Shown piece after piece: positions 1 through 8,591 of a DNA stretch of 32,000 bases (positions are counted from its first letter, which is position 1; each line of letters opens with the position of its first letter). The notes beneath the pieces were generated by a model. It made no database searches, was not told where the DNA came from, and saw nothing but the letters and a program-made list of their open reading frames with translations. The stretch covers positions 19,532 to 51,531 of the forward strand of contig NZ_KK211322.1 of the NCBI RefSeq assembly GCF_000621645.1, written 5' to 3'. The stretch comes from Vibrio cholerae ATCC 14035. GTDB taxonomy: Bacteria; Pseudomonadota; Gammaproteobacteria; Enterobacterales; Vibrionaceae. Made by a program: the position numbers and the translations under genes.

Positions 1-308
1 TTTACATCTGAGCGAACGCAAAGCAGCAGCTCAGCCAAAATCACCCCTTCAACGCAGCCTAAAGGATGGTTAGCGACCACGATAGTTGCCCCTTGAGCTG
101 GAACATGTGTGAGCTTGCCGCGTACTACTTGATAATCGATACCAAGAACATCCAAGGTAAAGCGCAAAAACGCTTGAGTATCACCGCTTGCTGGACGTTG
201 AGCATAGAATTGATTGAGACGTTTCAGTCCTGTTGCCCATTCCGCTAAGTGTTCACCTAAACCAAATGGGGTTTTTCGTGGCAGAACAAATGGAGAAGTA
301 GAAAGCAT
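1..308 (-). CDS. Acyltransferase-family protein (COG3176-type 'putative hemolysin' / lysophospholipid acyltransferase-like). Only the N-terminal 102 codons are present; the gene runs off the left edge.
   Basis: Absent from the ORF track because it is truncated. The reverse complement from ATG (308..306) reads MLSTSPFVLPRKTPFGLGEHLAEWATGLKRLNQFYAQRPASGDTQAFLRFTLDVLGIDYQVVRGKLTHVPAQGATIVVANHPLGCVEGVILAELLLCVRSDV with no stop up to base 1. A GAGG Shine-Dalgarno lies 5 nt upstream. The ANHPxGxxEG block resembles the NHPxGxxDG motif of this acyltransferase family (from memory). Confidence 0.5.
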   Translation of the reverse strand, partial: MLSTSPFVLPRKTPFGLGEHLAEWATGLKRLNQFYAQRPASGDTQAFLRFTLDVLGIDYQVVRGKLTHVPAQGATIVVANHPLGCVEGVILAELLLCVRSDV

Positions 309-731
309 AGCAACCTCTTATGTGATGGTTTACCAAGAGGCTAGAGGCTACATATTGCAAAATCGCGACAGTCTGATGAGCTTTTTGTTGCGCGGAATAT
401 CCTTGAACAGTCACCGCAAGGTATTTGGTGATAGGCAGTGAAAATAAGCTGAAATTTATGTGACAATTTCAGAAATAAGTCCATTTGCTCACAATTTGTA
501 CAAAAAGTGTGATGCACGAGGAATTTTAATGCTAGTTTGTTTAGGCGGGTAAAACGCAACTAATCAAAACAACATTACACCTTTGATTTGCTGATCTGGA
601 ATAGACGGGAGCTTATGCTCCCGTTGCCATTTCTAGAGCATAAAATGGTGGGTTAGAGTGCCGTCTTAAACCGTTCAGAAACGTTAAGGATAAGCTTACT
701 TGACCCATTGTCTGACCCAAATTCGTCAGGT

Positions 732-768
732 ACAAAAAAGGTTAGTAAGCACTAGGCCTACTAACCTT
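732..768 (-). terminator. Rho-independent terminator downstream of tRNA-Ile2
   Basis: 10-bp stem aaggttagta (738-747) / tactaacctt (759-768) with an 11-nt loop. On the minus strand the hairpin is followed by TTTTGTA (the plus-strand A-run 734-739). Confidence 0.6.
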
Positions 769-776
769 CTGGAATC

Positions 777-852
777 TGGTGGCCCCTCCCAGGTTCGAAC
801 TGGGGACCAAGCGATTATGAGTCGCCTGCTCTAACCACTGAGCTAAGGGGCC
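777..852 (-). tRNA. ileX: tRNA-Ile2 (anticodon CAU, lysidine-modified type), ileX-like
   Basis: The reverse complement is GGCCCCTTAGCTCAGTGGTTAGAGCAGGCGACTCATAATCGCTTGGTCCCCAGTTCGAACCTGGGAGGGGCCACCA. It has a 7-bp acceptor stem, a TTCGAAC T-loop, an encoded CCA and anticodon CAT. From memory, the 5' two-thirds matches E. coli ileX, which also lies just downstream of rpoD. The C4 and C5 acceptor pairs fit a TilS substrate. An elongator tRNA-Met cannot be formally excluded. Confidence 0.8.
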
Positions 853-866
853 AAATTAGGTGTCAG

Positions 867-895
867 ATTATATTGGAAGGGGGTAGATGTGTCTA
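867..895 (-). promoter_or_regulatory. Candidate sigma70 promoter for the tRNA-Ile2 gene
   Basis: The minus strand reads TAGACA (895..890), a 17-nt spacer, then TATAAT (872..867). The -10 ends 14 nt before the mature tRNA 5' end. It lies just downstream of the rpoD terminator. Confidence 0.5.
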
Positions 896-941
896 GCCAA
901 AGCGGGTTCAATAGTGCTTACAATTTATTCACTTAGCTTGT

Positions 942-974
942 ATAAAAAAGAAAAGGTGAGCTCAGCTCACCTTT
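942..974 (-). terminator. Rho-independent terminator of rpoD (hairpin flanked by T-runs on both strands)
   Basis: Stem aaaggtgagc (952-961) / gctcaccttt (965-974). On the minus strand it is followed by TTTTCTTTTTT. It lies 22 nt after the rpoD stop codon (997-999). Confidence 0.7.
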
Positions 975-996
975 TTCAGTTCATAACCAACTTGAA

Positions 997-2862
997 TTAT
1001 TCATCCAAGAAGCTGCGCAGAACTTCTGAGCGGCTTGGATGACGCAGTTTACGCAGTGCTTTTGCTTCAATCTGACGAATACGTTCACGAGTTACATCAA
1101 ACTGCTTGCCCACTTCTTCCAGAGTATGGTCGGTATTCATATCGATACCGAAACGCATACGTAGCACTTTCGCTTCACGAGGTGTTAGGCCTGCTAATAC
1201 ATCGCGAGTGGCAGCTTTAAGGCTGGTTGCGGTCGCAGAATCCAGTGGCAGCTCGAGGGTGGTATCCTCGATAAAATCACCCAGATGCGAATCTTCATCA
1301 TCACCAATCGGTGTTTCCATGGAGATGGGTTCTTTGGCAATTTTCAGCACTTTGCGGATTTTGTCTTCTGGCATTTGCATGCGTTCTGCCAATTCTTCAG
1401 GCAGTGGCTCACGACCCATCTCTTGCAGCATTTGGCGCGAAATTCGATTCAGTTTATTGATCGTCTCGATCATGTGTACTGGAATACGAATCGTACGTGC
1501 TTGGTCAGCAATAGAACGAGTGATTGCCTGACGGATCCACCAAGTCGCATAAGTTGAGAATTTATAACCACGACGGTATTCAAACTTATCGACGGCTTTC
1601 ATCAAACCGATGTTACCTTCTTGGATCAGATCCAAGAATTGCAGACCACGGTTGGTGTATTTCTTAGCAATCGAAATTACCAGACGTAAGTTTGCTTCAA
1701 CCATCTCTTTCTTCGCACGGCGAGCTTTCGCCTCACCGATTGACATACGATGGCTGATGTCTTTGATGCGTTCAACAGACAGTGATGTCTCTTGCTCGAT
1801 CATTTGTAGTTTCTGAATTGAACGGCGGATCTCTTCTTCTTGCTCACGGACTTTCGCTACGTAAGGCTTGTCAGAAGCAAGGACTTTATCCAGCCACTCT
1901 TCATTCGATTCATTGCCTGTAAATAGGGCGATGAACGATTTCTTCGGCATCTTCGCGACTTCAACTACCGCTTTCATTACCAAACGTTCTTGGGTGCGAA
2001 CACGATCCATTGAAGTGCGCAGAGTTTCAACCAAGTGGTCGAATTGCTTTGGTGTTAGGCGGAATTCACGGAAGATATCCAGCACTAAGTCTGACGCTTC
2101 AGAAGCTTGATGACTGTCACGACCAAATTCATTAACCGCTAATTGCAGGTTTTGGAACTTACCGCGCAGTTCATTGAATTTCTCACGAGCCAGTTCAGGG
2201 TCGATACCGACTTCTTCTTCGCTGTCGCTGCTTTCACCGTCGCCATCTTCGTCTTCATCTTCGACGACAGCATCATCTTCATCCGCGAGATCCGCTTCAG
2301 AAAGCTCAGAACCGATGTGAGTCGCGGTTGGCGCTTCGGTTTCCATGTCGTTAGGGTCAACGAAACCTGAAATCAGGTCAGTGAGACGTAGCTCTTCGGC
2401 CTGAACACGATCAAACTGCTCAAGAATATAAGGGATGGTTCCAGGATACTCAGCAATCGCACTTTGAACTTGGTTAATACCATCTTCAATGCGCTTGGCA
2501 ATATCGATTTCACCTTCACGTGTCAAAAGCTCAACCGTACCCATTTCACGCATATACATACGTACTGGATCGGTGGTGCGGCCAATCTCACTCTCTACGC
2601 TAGAAAGTGCCGCGGCGGCTGCTTCAGCAGCATCTTCGTCAGTGATGGTAGTATCATCGCTGAGGGCAAGATCATCGGCATCAGGTGCGGTTTCCACCAC
2701 CTTAATGCCCATGTCATTAATCATCTGAATAATATCTTCCACCTGCTCTGAATCAACGATTTCAGCAGGCAAGTGGTCATTTACTTCGGCGTAGGTCAGA
2801 TAGCCCTGTTCCTTGCCGCGAAGGACAAGTTGTTTAAGCTGTGACTGCGGATTTTGATCCAT
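997..2862 (-). CDS. rpoD: RNA polymerase sigma-70 factor RpoD (621 aa)
   Basis: Track ORF 997..2913 trimmed to the ATG at 2862. [32 protein letters not shown] aligns with the E. coli RpoD N-terminus [13 protein letters not shown]. Conserved sigma regions 2-4 are present ([32 protein letters not shown]; [33 protein letters not shown]), as is the acidic non-conserved spacer. Confidence 0.98.
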
Positions 2863-2960
2863 AGACGGTATCCAACTTCGTATCTGGTGAAGGAATAAGT
2901 ATGCGCAATGCAAACCACGTATACTAACAAATTTATTCTTTGCTGACTATCTCAACAGAG

Positions 2961-4724
2961 TTACGCTTTCAAGCCTTTTAAGATCAAGTCTTGTAGCTCT
3001 CTTTTCTCTTCGGTTGATAAACCGACACTTCGCTCTTTGGCCTGCAAATTTTCAATTTGTTTTTCTACGCACTGGGCAAGAATTTTGTCCAATGAGTCTA
3101 AAAATAGTTCTTCTTGATTGTCTTCGACAAGGGGAATTTCCCAACTTGCCAGACGAGACAGAAGTGTCTCATTTTTTGAGTCTCGCCAATGTTCGAGTAA
3201 TTGACCCGTAGTGATATGGGGATATTGACGACATTTCTCAAGTACTTCACTGAAGGTATCGAGACCAGGGATCATCAAATGACGCACGCTCGCTAGGTCT
3301 GGTACCAATTCAGCATAGCTCGGATTTTGTATCAAGAGCGCGATAACATCACGCATTGGGGTCCGTTTTATTGCTTTATGTGGTGCGGGTCGATTTTCTG
3401 TCTTACGTGCTTTTTTACGGCGCAGTTGGTGATCAAAGCCTGTCCGTTCATCGAGTAATTTCTCTAGGATCTCTTGTAAAAAAGGATCCGGAATTTTGTC
3501 GATAAGTGGTGTTGCAACGGCGCGCAGTGCCGATTTACCTTCATGGCTACCCAAGTTAATTTGGTGCAGTTCAATCAAGTTCTCAAATAAGTACTGCGAC
3601 AGTGGTGTAGCATTGGCAACCTGTTGTTCAAAATCGGCTTTGCCGTATTTACGCACGTAGCTATCGGGATCTTCACCGTCCGGCAGAAACAGAAACTTTA
3701 AGATATTGCCGCTTTTGAGGTAGCTGAGTGCATTTTCTAATGCGCGCCATGCGGCATCACGTCCAGCTCGGTCACCATCATAACAACAGATGACATGGTT
3801 AGTTTGGCGAAACAACAGTTGTAAGTGATCGCCTGTGGTTGAGGTGCCCAGAGAGGCTACAGAGTAATCGACACCATATTGAGCGAGTGCCACGACATCC
3901 ATATAGCCTTCCACCACTAGGATTTGTGGTGGTTCACGGTATGCCTGCAGGACTTCATAAAGGCCATACAGCTCTTTGCCTTTATGGAAAATCGGGGTTT
4001 CAGGCGAGTTCAGGTATTTCGGTGTACCTTGCTCTGTAATACGGCCACCAAAACCAATGACTCGACCTCGACGATCGCGAATTGGGAACATGACTCGTCC
4101 GCGAAAGCGGTCATAACGGCGGCCGTTATCGTTTTCAATCAGCATACCTGCGGTGACAAGCATATCTTCACTGCTGCGCTGCTGACCAAAATTGCGCCGT
4201 ACAAGATCCCATTCATCCGCTATGTATCCAATGCCAAATTTCTGGACGATTTCTCCAGATAAACCACGATTTTTTAAGTATTCAATCGCATGCTTGTTGG
4301 CAGGAACTTTAAGCTGCTGACGATAAAACTGGGCGATGCTGCCCATCAAGTCATACAGGCTGCGCTTATCTTCACTTTTGACGGCTGGCGTATTTTTCGC
4401 AAAGGGGCTGGAAGGCGTTCTTTCTTCACGCTGAACTTCAAGACCTATGGTCGACGCCAGCTCTTCAATGGCCTCAGGAAACTCCATGCGTTCATATTCC
4501 ATGACAAAATCGATGGCATTGCCATGAGCACCACAGCCGAAGCAGTGATAGAACTGTTTTTCCTGACTGACACTGAATGAAGGGGTTTTTTCGTTATGGA
4601 AAGGGCAGCAGGCGCTGTAGTTTTTGCCTTTCTTCTTCAGTTTTACGCGTGCGTCAATAACGTCGACAATATCGAGTCGAGCAAGGAGGTCATCAATAAA
4701 ACTGCGGGGGATGTGTCCTGCCAT
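2961..4724 (-). CDS. dnaG: DNA primase DnaG (587 aa)
   Basis: Track ORF 2961..4790 trimmed to the ATG at 4724. [52 protein letters not shown] matches E. coli DnaG [31 protein letters not shown]. Zinc-ribbon CCPFHxEKTPSF..CFGCGxHG and TOPRIM EGYMDVV motifs are present. No obvious Shine-Dalgarno. Confidence 0.97.
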   Translation of the reverse strand: [587 protein letters not shown]

Positions 4725-4753
4725 AAATCTTTGCATGCACCGAAAGATAGGGT

Positions 4754-4796
4754 CAAATACAAACAAGCCGTGCTTTCCAAAGGATTGCACGGCTTG
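4754..4796 (-). terminator. Internal attenuator/terminator of the rpsU-yqeY-dnaG-rpoD operon, just upstream of dnaG
   Basis: 10-bp stem caagccgtgc (4764-4773) / gcacggcttg (4787-4796). On the minus strand the hairpin is followed by TTTGTATTTG. It lies between the yqeY stop (4814) and the dnaG start (4724). It occupies the same position as the E. coli T1 attenuator that precedes dnaG. Confidence 0.55.
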
Positions 4797-4813
4797 CTGT
4801 AATTGGGTTGGGA

Positions 4814-5257
4814 TTAAGCCAGTTTAGCGCGGACCAAACCGCTCACTTTACCCATGTCTGCACGCCCTTGAATATGCGGTTTAAGTACAGCCATCACCTT
4901 ACCCATGTCTTGCATGCCTGCGGCGGCTGATTCAGTGATTGCGCTGTCAATCAGGGCTTTCACTTCATCATCGCTCAGAGGTTGAGGCATAAACTCCTCA
5001 AGTACGGTGATCTCTGCTTTTTCCGCATCAGCCAAGTCTTGACGACCTGCTGCTTCGTATTGGCTTACAGAGTCGCGACGCTGTTTCACCATCTTGGTCA
5101 GCACTGCAACAATGTCGTCATCGCTCAGAGTGATCTGCTCATCGACTTCACGTTGTTTAATAGCGGCCAACACTAAACGGATAGCGCCAAGGCGTGGTTT
5201 ATCCTTGGCTTTCATCGCTAGTTTTTGCTCTTCTTTGAGATTCTCAATCAGAGCCAT
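4814..5257 (-). CDS. yqeY: GatB/YqeY-domain protein (147 aa)
   Basis: Full ORF with an ATG start. The sequence MALIENLKEEQKLAMKAKDKPRLGAIRLVLAAIKQREVD...VLEEFMPQPLSDDEV is typical of the YqeY family. It sits between rpsU and dnaG, as in Pseudomonas and Vibrio operons (from memory). Confidence 0.85.
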   Translation of the reverse strand: MALIENLKEEQKLAMKAKDKPRLGAIRLVLAAIKQREVDEQITLSDDDIVAVLTKMVKQRRDSVSQYEAAGRQDLADAEKAEITVLEEFMPQPLSDDEVKALIDSAITESAAAGMQDMGKVMAVLKPHIQGRADMGKVSGLVRAKLA

Positions 5258-5286
5258 AACAAATTCCTTAGTTTAGGAAGCTGTTA

Positions 5287-5502
5287 TTAGTACAGACGAA
5301 CGCGACGTGCGTTTTCGCGAGCTAGCTTCTTAGCGTGACGCTTTTGAGCAGCTGCTTTAGCGCGTTTGCGAACGGTAGTTGGCTTTTCGTAGTGCTCACG
5401 ACGGCGCACTTCAGAAAGGATACCTGCTTTTTCGCAAGAGCGTTTGAAACGACGCAGAGCTACGTCGAACGGTTCGTTTTCACGTACTTTAACTACTGGC
5501 AT
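5287..5502 (-). CDS. rpsU: 30S ribosomal protein S21 (71 aa)
   Basis: [71 protein letters not shown] is near-identical to E. coli S21. An AGGTGAAAGG Shine-Dalgarno region lies upstream. Confidence 0.98.
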
Positions 5503-5742
5503 ATGCCTTTCACCTCGGGGGTTAATTCGTTAATGCTGATATTTTGATGACCAGAGCAGCAAGAACCCTTGTGCGCCAAGTCGATAACCAGCCAGATCAA
5601 AATGGTGCGGAATTTTAATCCGATCGTCCTTCCTTTGTAAAGCACTTTGTCGCTTACATTCTGGACAAGGTTTGTTTGTCGCGCCAAGGCGAGGTAACAT
5701 GACGTCATATTTGATTTTAGATGGCAGCGTGCTGAGAAAACT

Positions 5743-6762
5743 ATGCGCATTATTGGTATTGAAACCTCTTGTGACGAAACGGGTATCGCGATTTACGATG
5801 ACGAAAAAGGACTGCTGTCTCATAAGCTTTACAGTCAGGTAAAACTGCATGCCGATTATGGTGGTGTGGTGCCTGAGCTGGCTTCGCGTGATCATGTAAA
5901 AAAAACCATCCCACTCATCAAAGCGGCGATGGCAGAGGCAAACGTGACGCCGCAAGATTTAGACGGTGTGGCTTTTACCGCAGGCCCCGGTTTGGTTGGG
6001 GCGCTCTTGGTTGGCGCTACGATTGGGCGCAGTTTAGCGTACGCTTGGGATGTGCCAGCGGTGCCGGTTCATCACATGGAAGGGCATCTTCTTGCTCCGA
6101 TGCTGGAAGAGAATCCGCCGCCGTTTCCGTTTGTCGCTTTGCTGGTATCGGGTGGTCACACCATGCTGGTGGAAGTGAAAAACATTGGTGAATACCGCAT
6201 TTTAGGTGAGTCTATCGATGATGCGGCTGGCGAAGCCTTTGATAAAACGGCCAAATTGATGGGATTGGATTATCCAGGTGGCCCGTTATTGGCCAAGCTG
6301 GCGGAAAAAGGGACTCCGGGACGCTTTAAATTTCCCCGTCCTATGACGGACAGACCGGGGCTCGATATGAGCTTTTCCGGTTTAAAAACTTTTACTGCCA
6401 ATACCATTGCTGCAAATGGCGACGATGAACAGACCCGTGCGGATATTGCTTACGCCTTCCAAGAGGCCGTGTGTGACACTTTAGTCATTAAATGTAAACG
6501 CGCATTGGAGGAGACAGGACTTAAGCGTGTGGTGATTGCGGGTGGTGTGAGTGCCAACAAGCAGTTGCGTGCTGATTTGGAAAAACTCGCGAAAAAAATC
6601 GGTGGCGAAGTGTATTACCCACGTACTGAATTTTGTACCGATAACGGAGCGATGATCGCTTATGCGGGCATGCAACGTTTGAAAAATGGTGATGTGTGTG
6701 AACTTGGCTTGCAAGCTCGCCCGCGTTGGCCGATTGATCAGTTAACGTCAATTCAGAAATAA
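5743..6762 (+). CDS. tsaD: tRNA N6-adenosine threonylcarbamoyltransferase TsaD (339 aa)
   Basis: [25 protein letters not shown]...[16 protein letters not shown]...LLVSGGHT is collinear with E. coli TsaD (YgjD/Gcp). It is divergent from rpsU, as in E. coli. Confidence 0.97.
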   Translation: MRIIGIETSCDETGIAIYDDEKGLLSHKLYSQVKLHADYGGVVPELASRDHVKKTIPLIKAAMAEANVTPQDLDGVAFTAGPGLVGALLVGATIGRSLAYAWDVPAVPVHHMEGHLLAPMLEENPPPFPFVALLVSGGHTMLVEVKNIGEYRILGESIDDAAGEAFDKTAKLMGLDYPGGPLLAKLAEKGTPGRFKFPRPMTDRPGLDMSFSGLKTFTANTIAANGDDEQTRADIAYAFQEAVCDTLVIKCKRALEETGLKRVVIAGGVSANKQLRADLEKLAKKIGGEVYYPRTEFCTDNGAMIAYAGMQRLKNGDVCELGLQARPRWPIDQLTSIQK

Positions 6763-6782
6763 GTACGACGAAATGGTATTGA

Positions 6783-6808
6783 AACGGTCGCGCTAGTGGC
6801 CGTTTTTT
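6783..6808 (+). terminator. Rho-independent terminator after tsaD
   Basis: Stem aacggtc (6783-6789) / ggccgtt (6798-6804) includes one G-U pair and encloses an 8-nt loop. It runs into TTTTTT (6803-6808), 21 nt after the tsaD stop. Confidence 0.6.
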
Positions 6809-6915
6809 CTAAACAAAAGAATGAATTAGATAATGCTGAATTTCTGCTCAGAGTTGTCTGCTTGGCATCTCATGTTACAGTCAGCGTCTACTTTATTGAT
6901 GGATAAATAACTAAA

Positions 6916-7728
6916 ATGAATTCGATGCTGATTGATGGCCAAAAAATGGCTTACCTTGATGTCGGGGAAGGCGAAGTGTTGCTCTTTGGGCACAGCTATT
7001 TGTGGGATCACCAAATGTGGGCTCCACAAGTGGCTGCGTTAAGTCAACGCTATCGTTGTATTGTGCCGGATTTTTGGGCGCATGGCGCTTCAGAGGCCGC
7101 CCCTACTGCGATGAGCAATCTCAAAGATTACGCTCAGCATATGTTGGCGCTGATGGATCATCTGCAGATTGAGTATTTCTCTGTGATTGGCTTGTCGGTG
7201 GGAGGAATGTGGGGCGCAGAGCTGGCCTTACTTGCGCCAAAGCGAGTTCAATCTCTGGTTATGATGGATACTTTCGTGGGTCTTGAACCGGAAGTGACCC
7301 ACAAAAAATACTTTACCATGTTAGATACCATTGCTCAGCTGCAAGCGGTGCCCGCTCCGATTGTGGAGGCGGTTGTTCCTATGTTTTTTGCATCTAACAC
7401 GTTGAAAAACGAGTTGCCTGTTGTGGCGCAATTTCGCTCGGCTCTGCAAGGTTTGAGCGGCGAGCGTGCTGTTGAAGTGGCGCGTTTAGGGCGCATGATT
7501 TTCGGGCGTCGTGATTTGATGGATGAGATCGAACACTTAACTCTGCCTGTACTCATCATGGTCGGCAGTGAAGATACTCCTCGCCCAGCGTTAGAGTCTT
7601 ACCTGATGCAAGATACGATTCGAGGCAGTCAACTTGAAGTGATTGAAGGGGCGGGACATATCAGTAGTTTGGAGCAGGCAGAATCGGTGACACACCACCT
7701 GCAAACGTTCTTAGCAACCGTATATTGA
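6916..7728 (+). CDS. Alpha/beta-fold hydrolase (270 aa), enol-lactone hydrolase / esterase-like; substrate unknown
   Basis: Nucleophile elbow G-L-S-V-G (VIGLSVGGMWG), a C-terminal GAGHISSLEQ histidine motif and a GSEDTP aspartate fit a Ser-Asp-His triad. The start is uncertain (ATG 6916 or 6925) because neither has a clear Shine-Dalgarno. Confidence 0.8.
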   Translation: MNSMLIDGQKMAYLDVGEGEVLLFGHSYLWDHQMWAPQVAALSQRYRCIVPDFWAHGASEAAPTAMSNLKDYAQHMLALMDHLQIEYFSVIGLSVGGMWGAELALLAPKRVQSLVMMDTFVGLEPEVTHKKYFTMLDTIAQLQAVPAPIVEAVVPMFFASNTLKNELPVVAQFRSALQGLSGERAVEVARLGRMIFGRRDLMDEIEHLTLPVLIMVGSEDTPRPALESYLMQDTIRGSQLEVIEGAGHISSLEQAESVTHHLQTFLATVY

Positions 7729-7776
7729 TTTTTCTGCCATTGATGAAATGGCGATCACCTATTGAGCCGCGCACGG

Positions 7777-8403
7777 TTACACGACGCGGCTCTCTTCATC
7801 ATCGCTCGGCTTCTTATTCTTTTCACCGACCTTGGGCTCGGTACCCGCAAACAGGCGCTTCACGTTTTGATGATGGCGCAGCACAATCAAACAGCACAAC
7901 ATGGCAACTGGAAGCGTGTACTGTGGCTTAATCAGCCAAGTGTAGAGGGGCGCGAGCAACACAGTGACTAAGGCTGCAAGCGACGAGTAGCGAAACAGTA
8001 CGACAACGACAAGCCATGTGGCCATCACCATAGCGGTTAAATCGAGCCCAATCGGTGCGATTGCACCTAACGCGGTTGCCACGCCTTTTCCACCTTTGAA
8101 ATGGAAAAAAATCGGGTACATGTGACCAAGGCAGGCGGCGATTGCCACCAATCCCAACATAAAAGGTTCAATATTGAGGAAGTAGCCGCCCCAAACTGGG
8201 ATGGTGCCTTTGAGCATGTCACACAATAAAACGGCCACTGCGGCTTTTTTGCCGCCGATGCGCAGTACATTGGTGGCTCCGGGGTTTTGTGAGCCCACGT
8301 TACGCGGATCGGGGAGACGCAGAACACGACAAATCAACACCGCACTGGAAATTGACCCCAGTAGATAGGCAAAAATGATCATGCTGAGCGCCAATGGAGT
8401 CAT
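7777..8403 (-). CDS. plsY: Glycerol-3-phosphate acyltransferase PlsY (208 aa)
   Basis: [52 protein letters not shown]...FKGGKGVAT is collinear with E. coli PlsY (YgiH). A GAGG Shine-Dalgarno lies upstream of the ATG at 8403. Confidence 0.96.
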   Translation of the reverse strand: MTPLALSMIIFAYLLGSISSAVLICRVLRLPDPRNVGSQNPGATNVLRIGGKKAAVAVLLCDMLKGTIPVWGGYFLNIEPFMLGLVAIAACLGHMYPIFFHFKGGKGVATALGAIAPIGLDLTAMVMATWLVVVVLFRYSSLAALVTVLLAPLYTWLIKPQYTLPVAMLCCLIVLRHHQNVKRLFAGTEPKVGEKNKKPSDDEESRVV

Positions 8404-8591
8404 AACAGCCTCAAACTGCGTGTTTCGAAAAGTTATCTCGAATAAGTATTTGTATTCCCTGTTGAATAAGAAAAAATCTTTTAGGATTTAGCATCTTGAA
8501 CAGGTTTGGGTATATCATATCGCGATTGAGCGGATAGTACGATTTTTTCATCGGTTTGGGTATCCGACCTGTGAACAGGAAGCGATTGAGC

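Noticed and set aside
214-559. 75-aa (+) and 72-aa (-) ORFs in the left-end gene-free region
   Set aside because: The + ORF overlaps the real minus-strand acyltransferase start. Neither has a Shine-Dalgarno or a recognisable fold, and both have unusual Cys/Phe-rich compositions.
2863-2913. 17-codon N-terminal extension of rpoD in the ORF track ([17 protein letters not shown]...)
   Set aside because: The E. coli RpoD N-terminus aligns exactly from the internal ATG at 2862 ([10 protein letters not shown]). The extension has no homology and looks like intergenic read-through.
997-2913. Many 60-140-aa ORFs antisense to or overlapping rpoD, dnaG, mutS, recA, alaS and others (e.g. 1106..1531, 3924..4262, 17075..17413, 25706..26116, 29216..29605)
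   Set aside because: These are shadow frames inside strongly conserved genes. They have low-complexity or Ser/Arg/Cys-rich compositions, no ribosome-binding sites and no recognisable domains.
4725-4790. 22-codon extension of dnaG in the ORF track
   Set aside because: DnaG homology starts at MAGHIPRSF (ATG 4724). The extension would run through the attenuator hairpin at 4764-4796.
5493-5955. 85-aa and 141-aa minus-strand ORFs covering the rpsU-tsaD intergenic region and the tsaD 5' end
   Set aside because: They overlap the rpsU start and the conserved tsaD N-terminus and have no homology or translation signals. The region is the divergent promoter zone.
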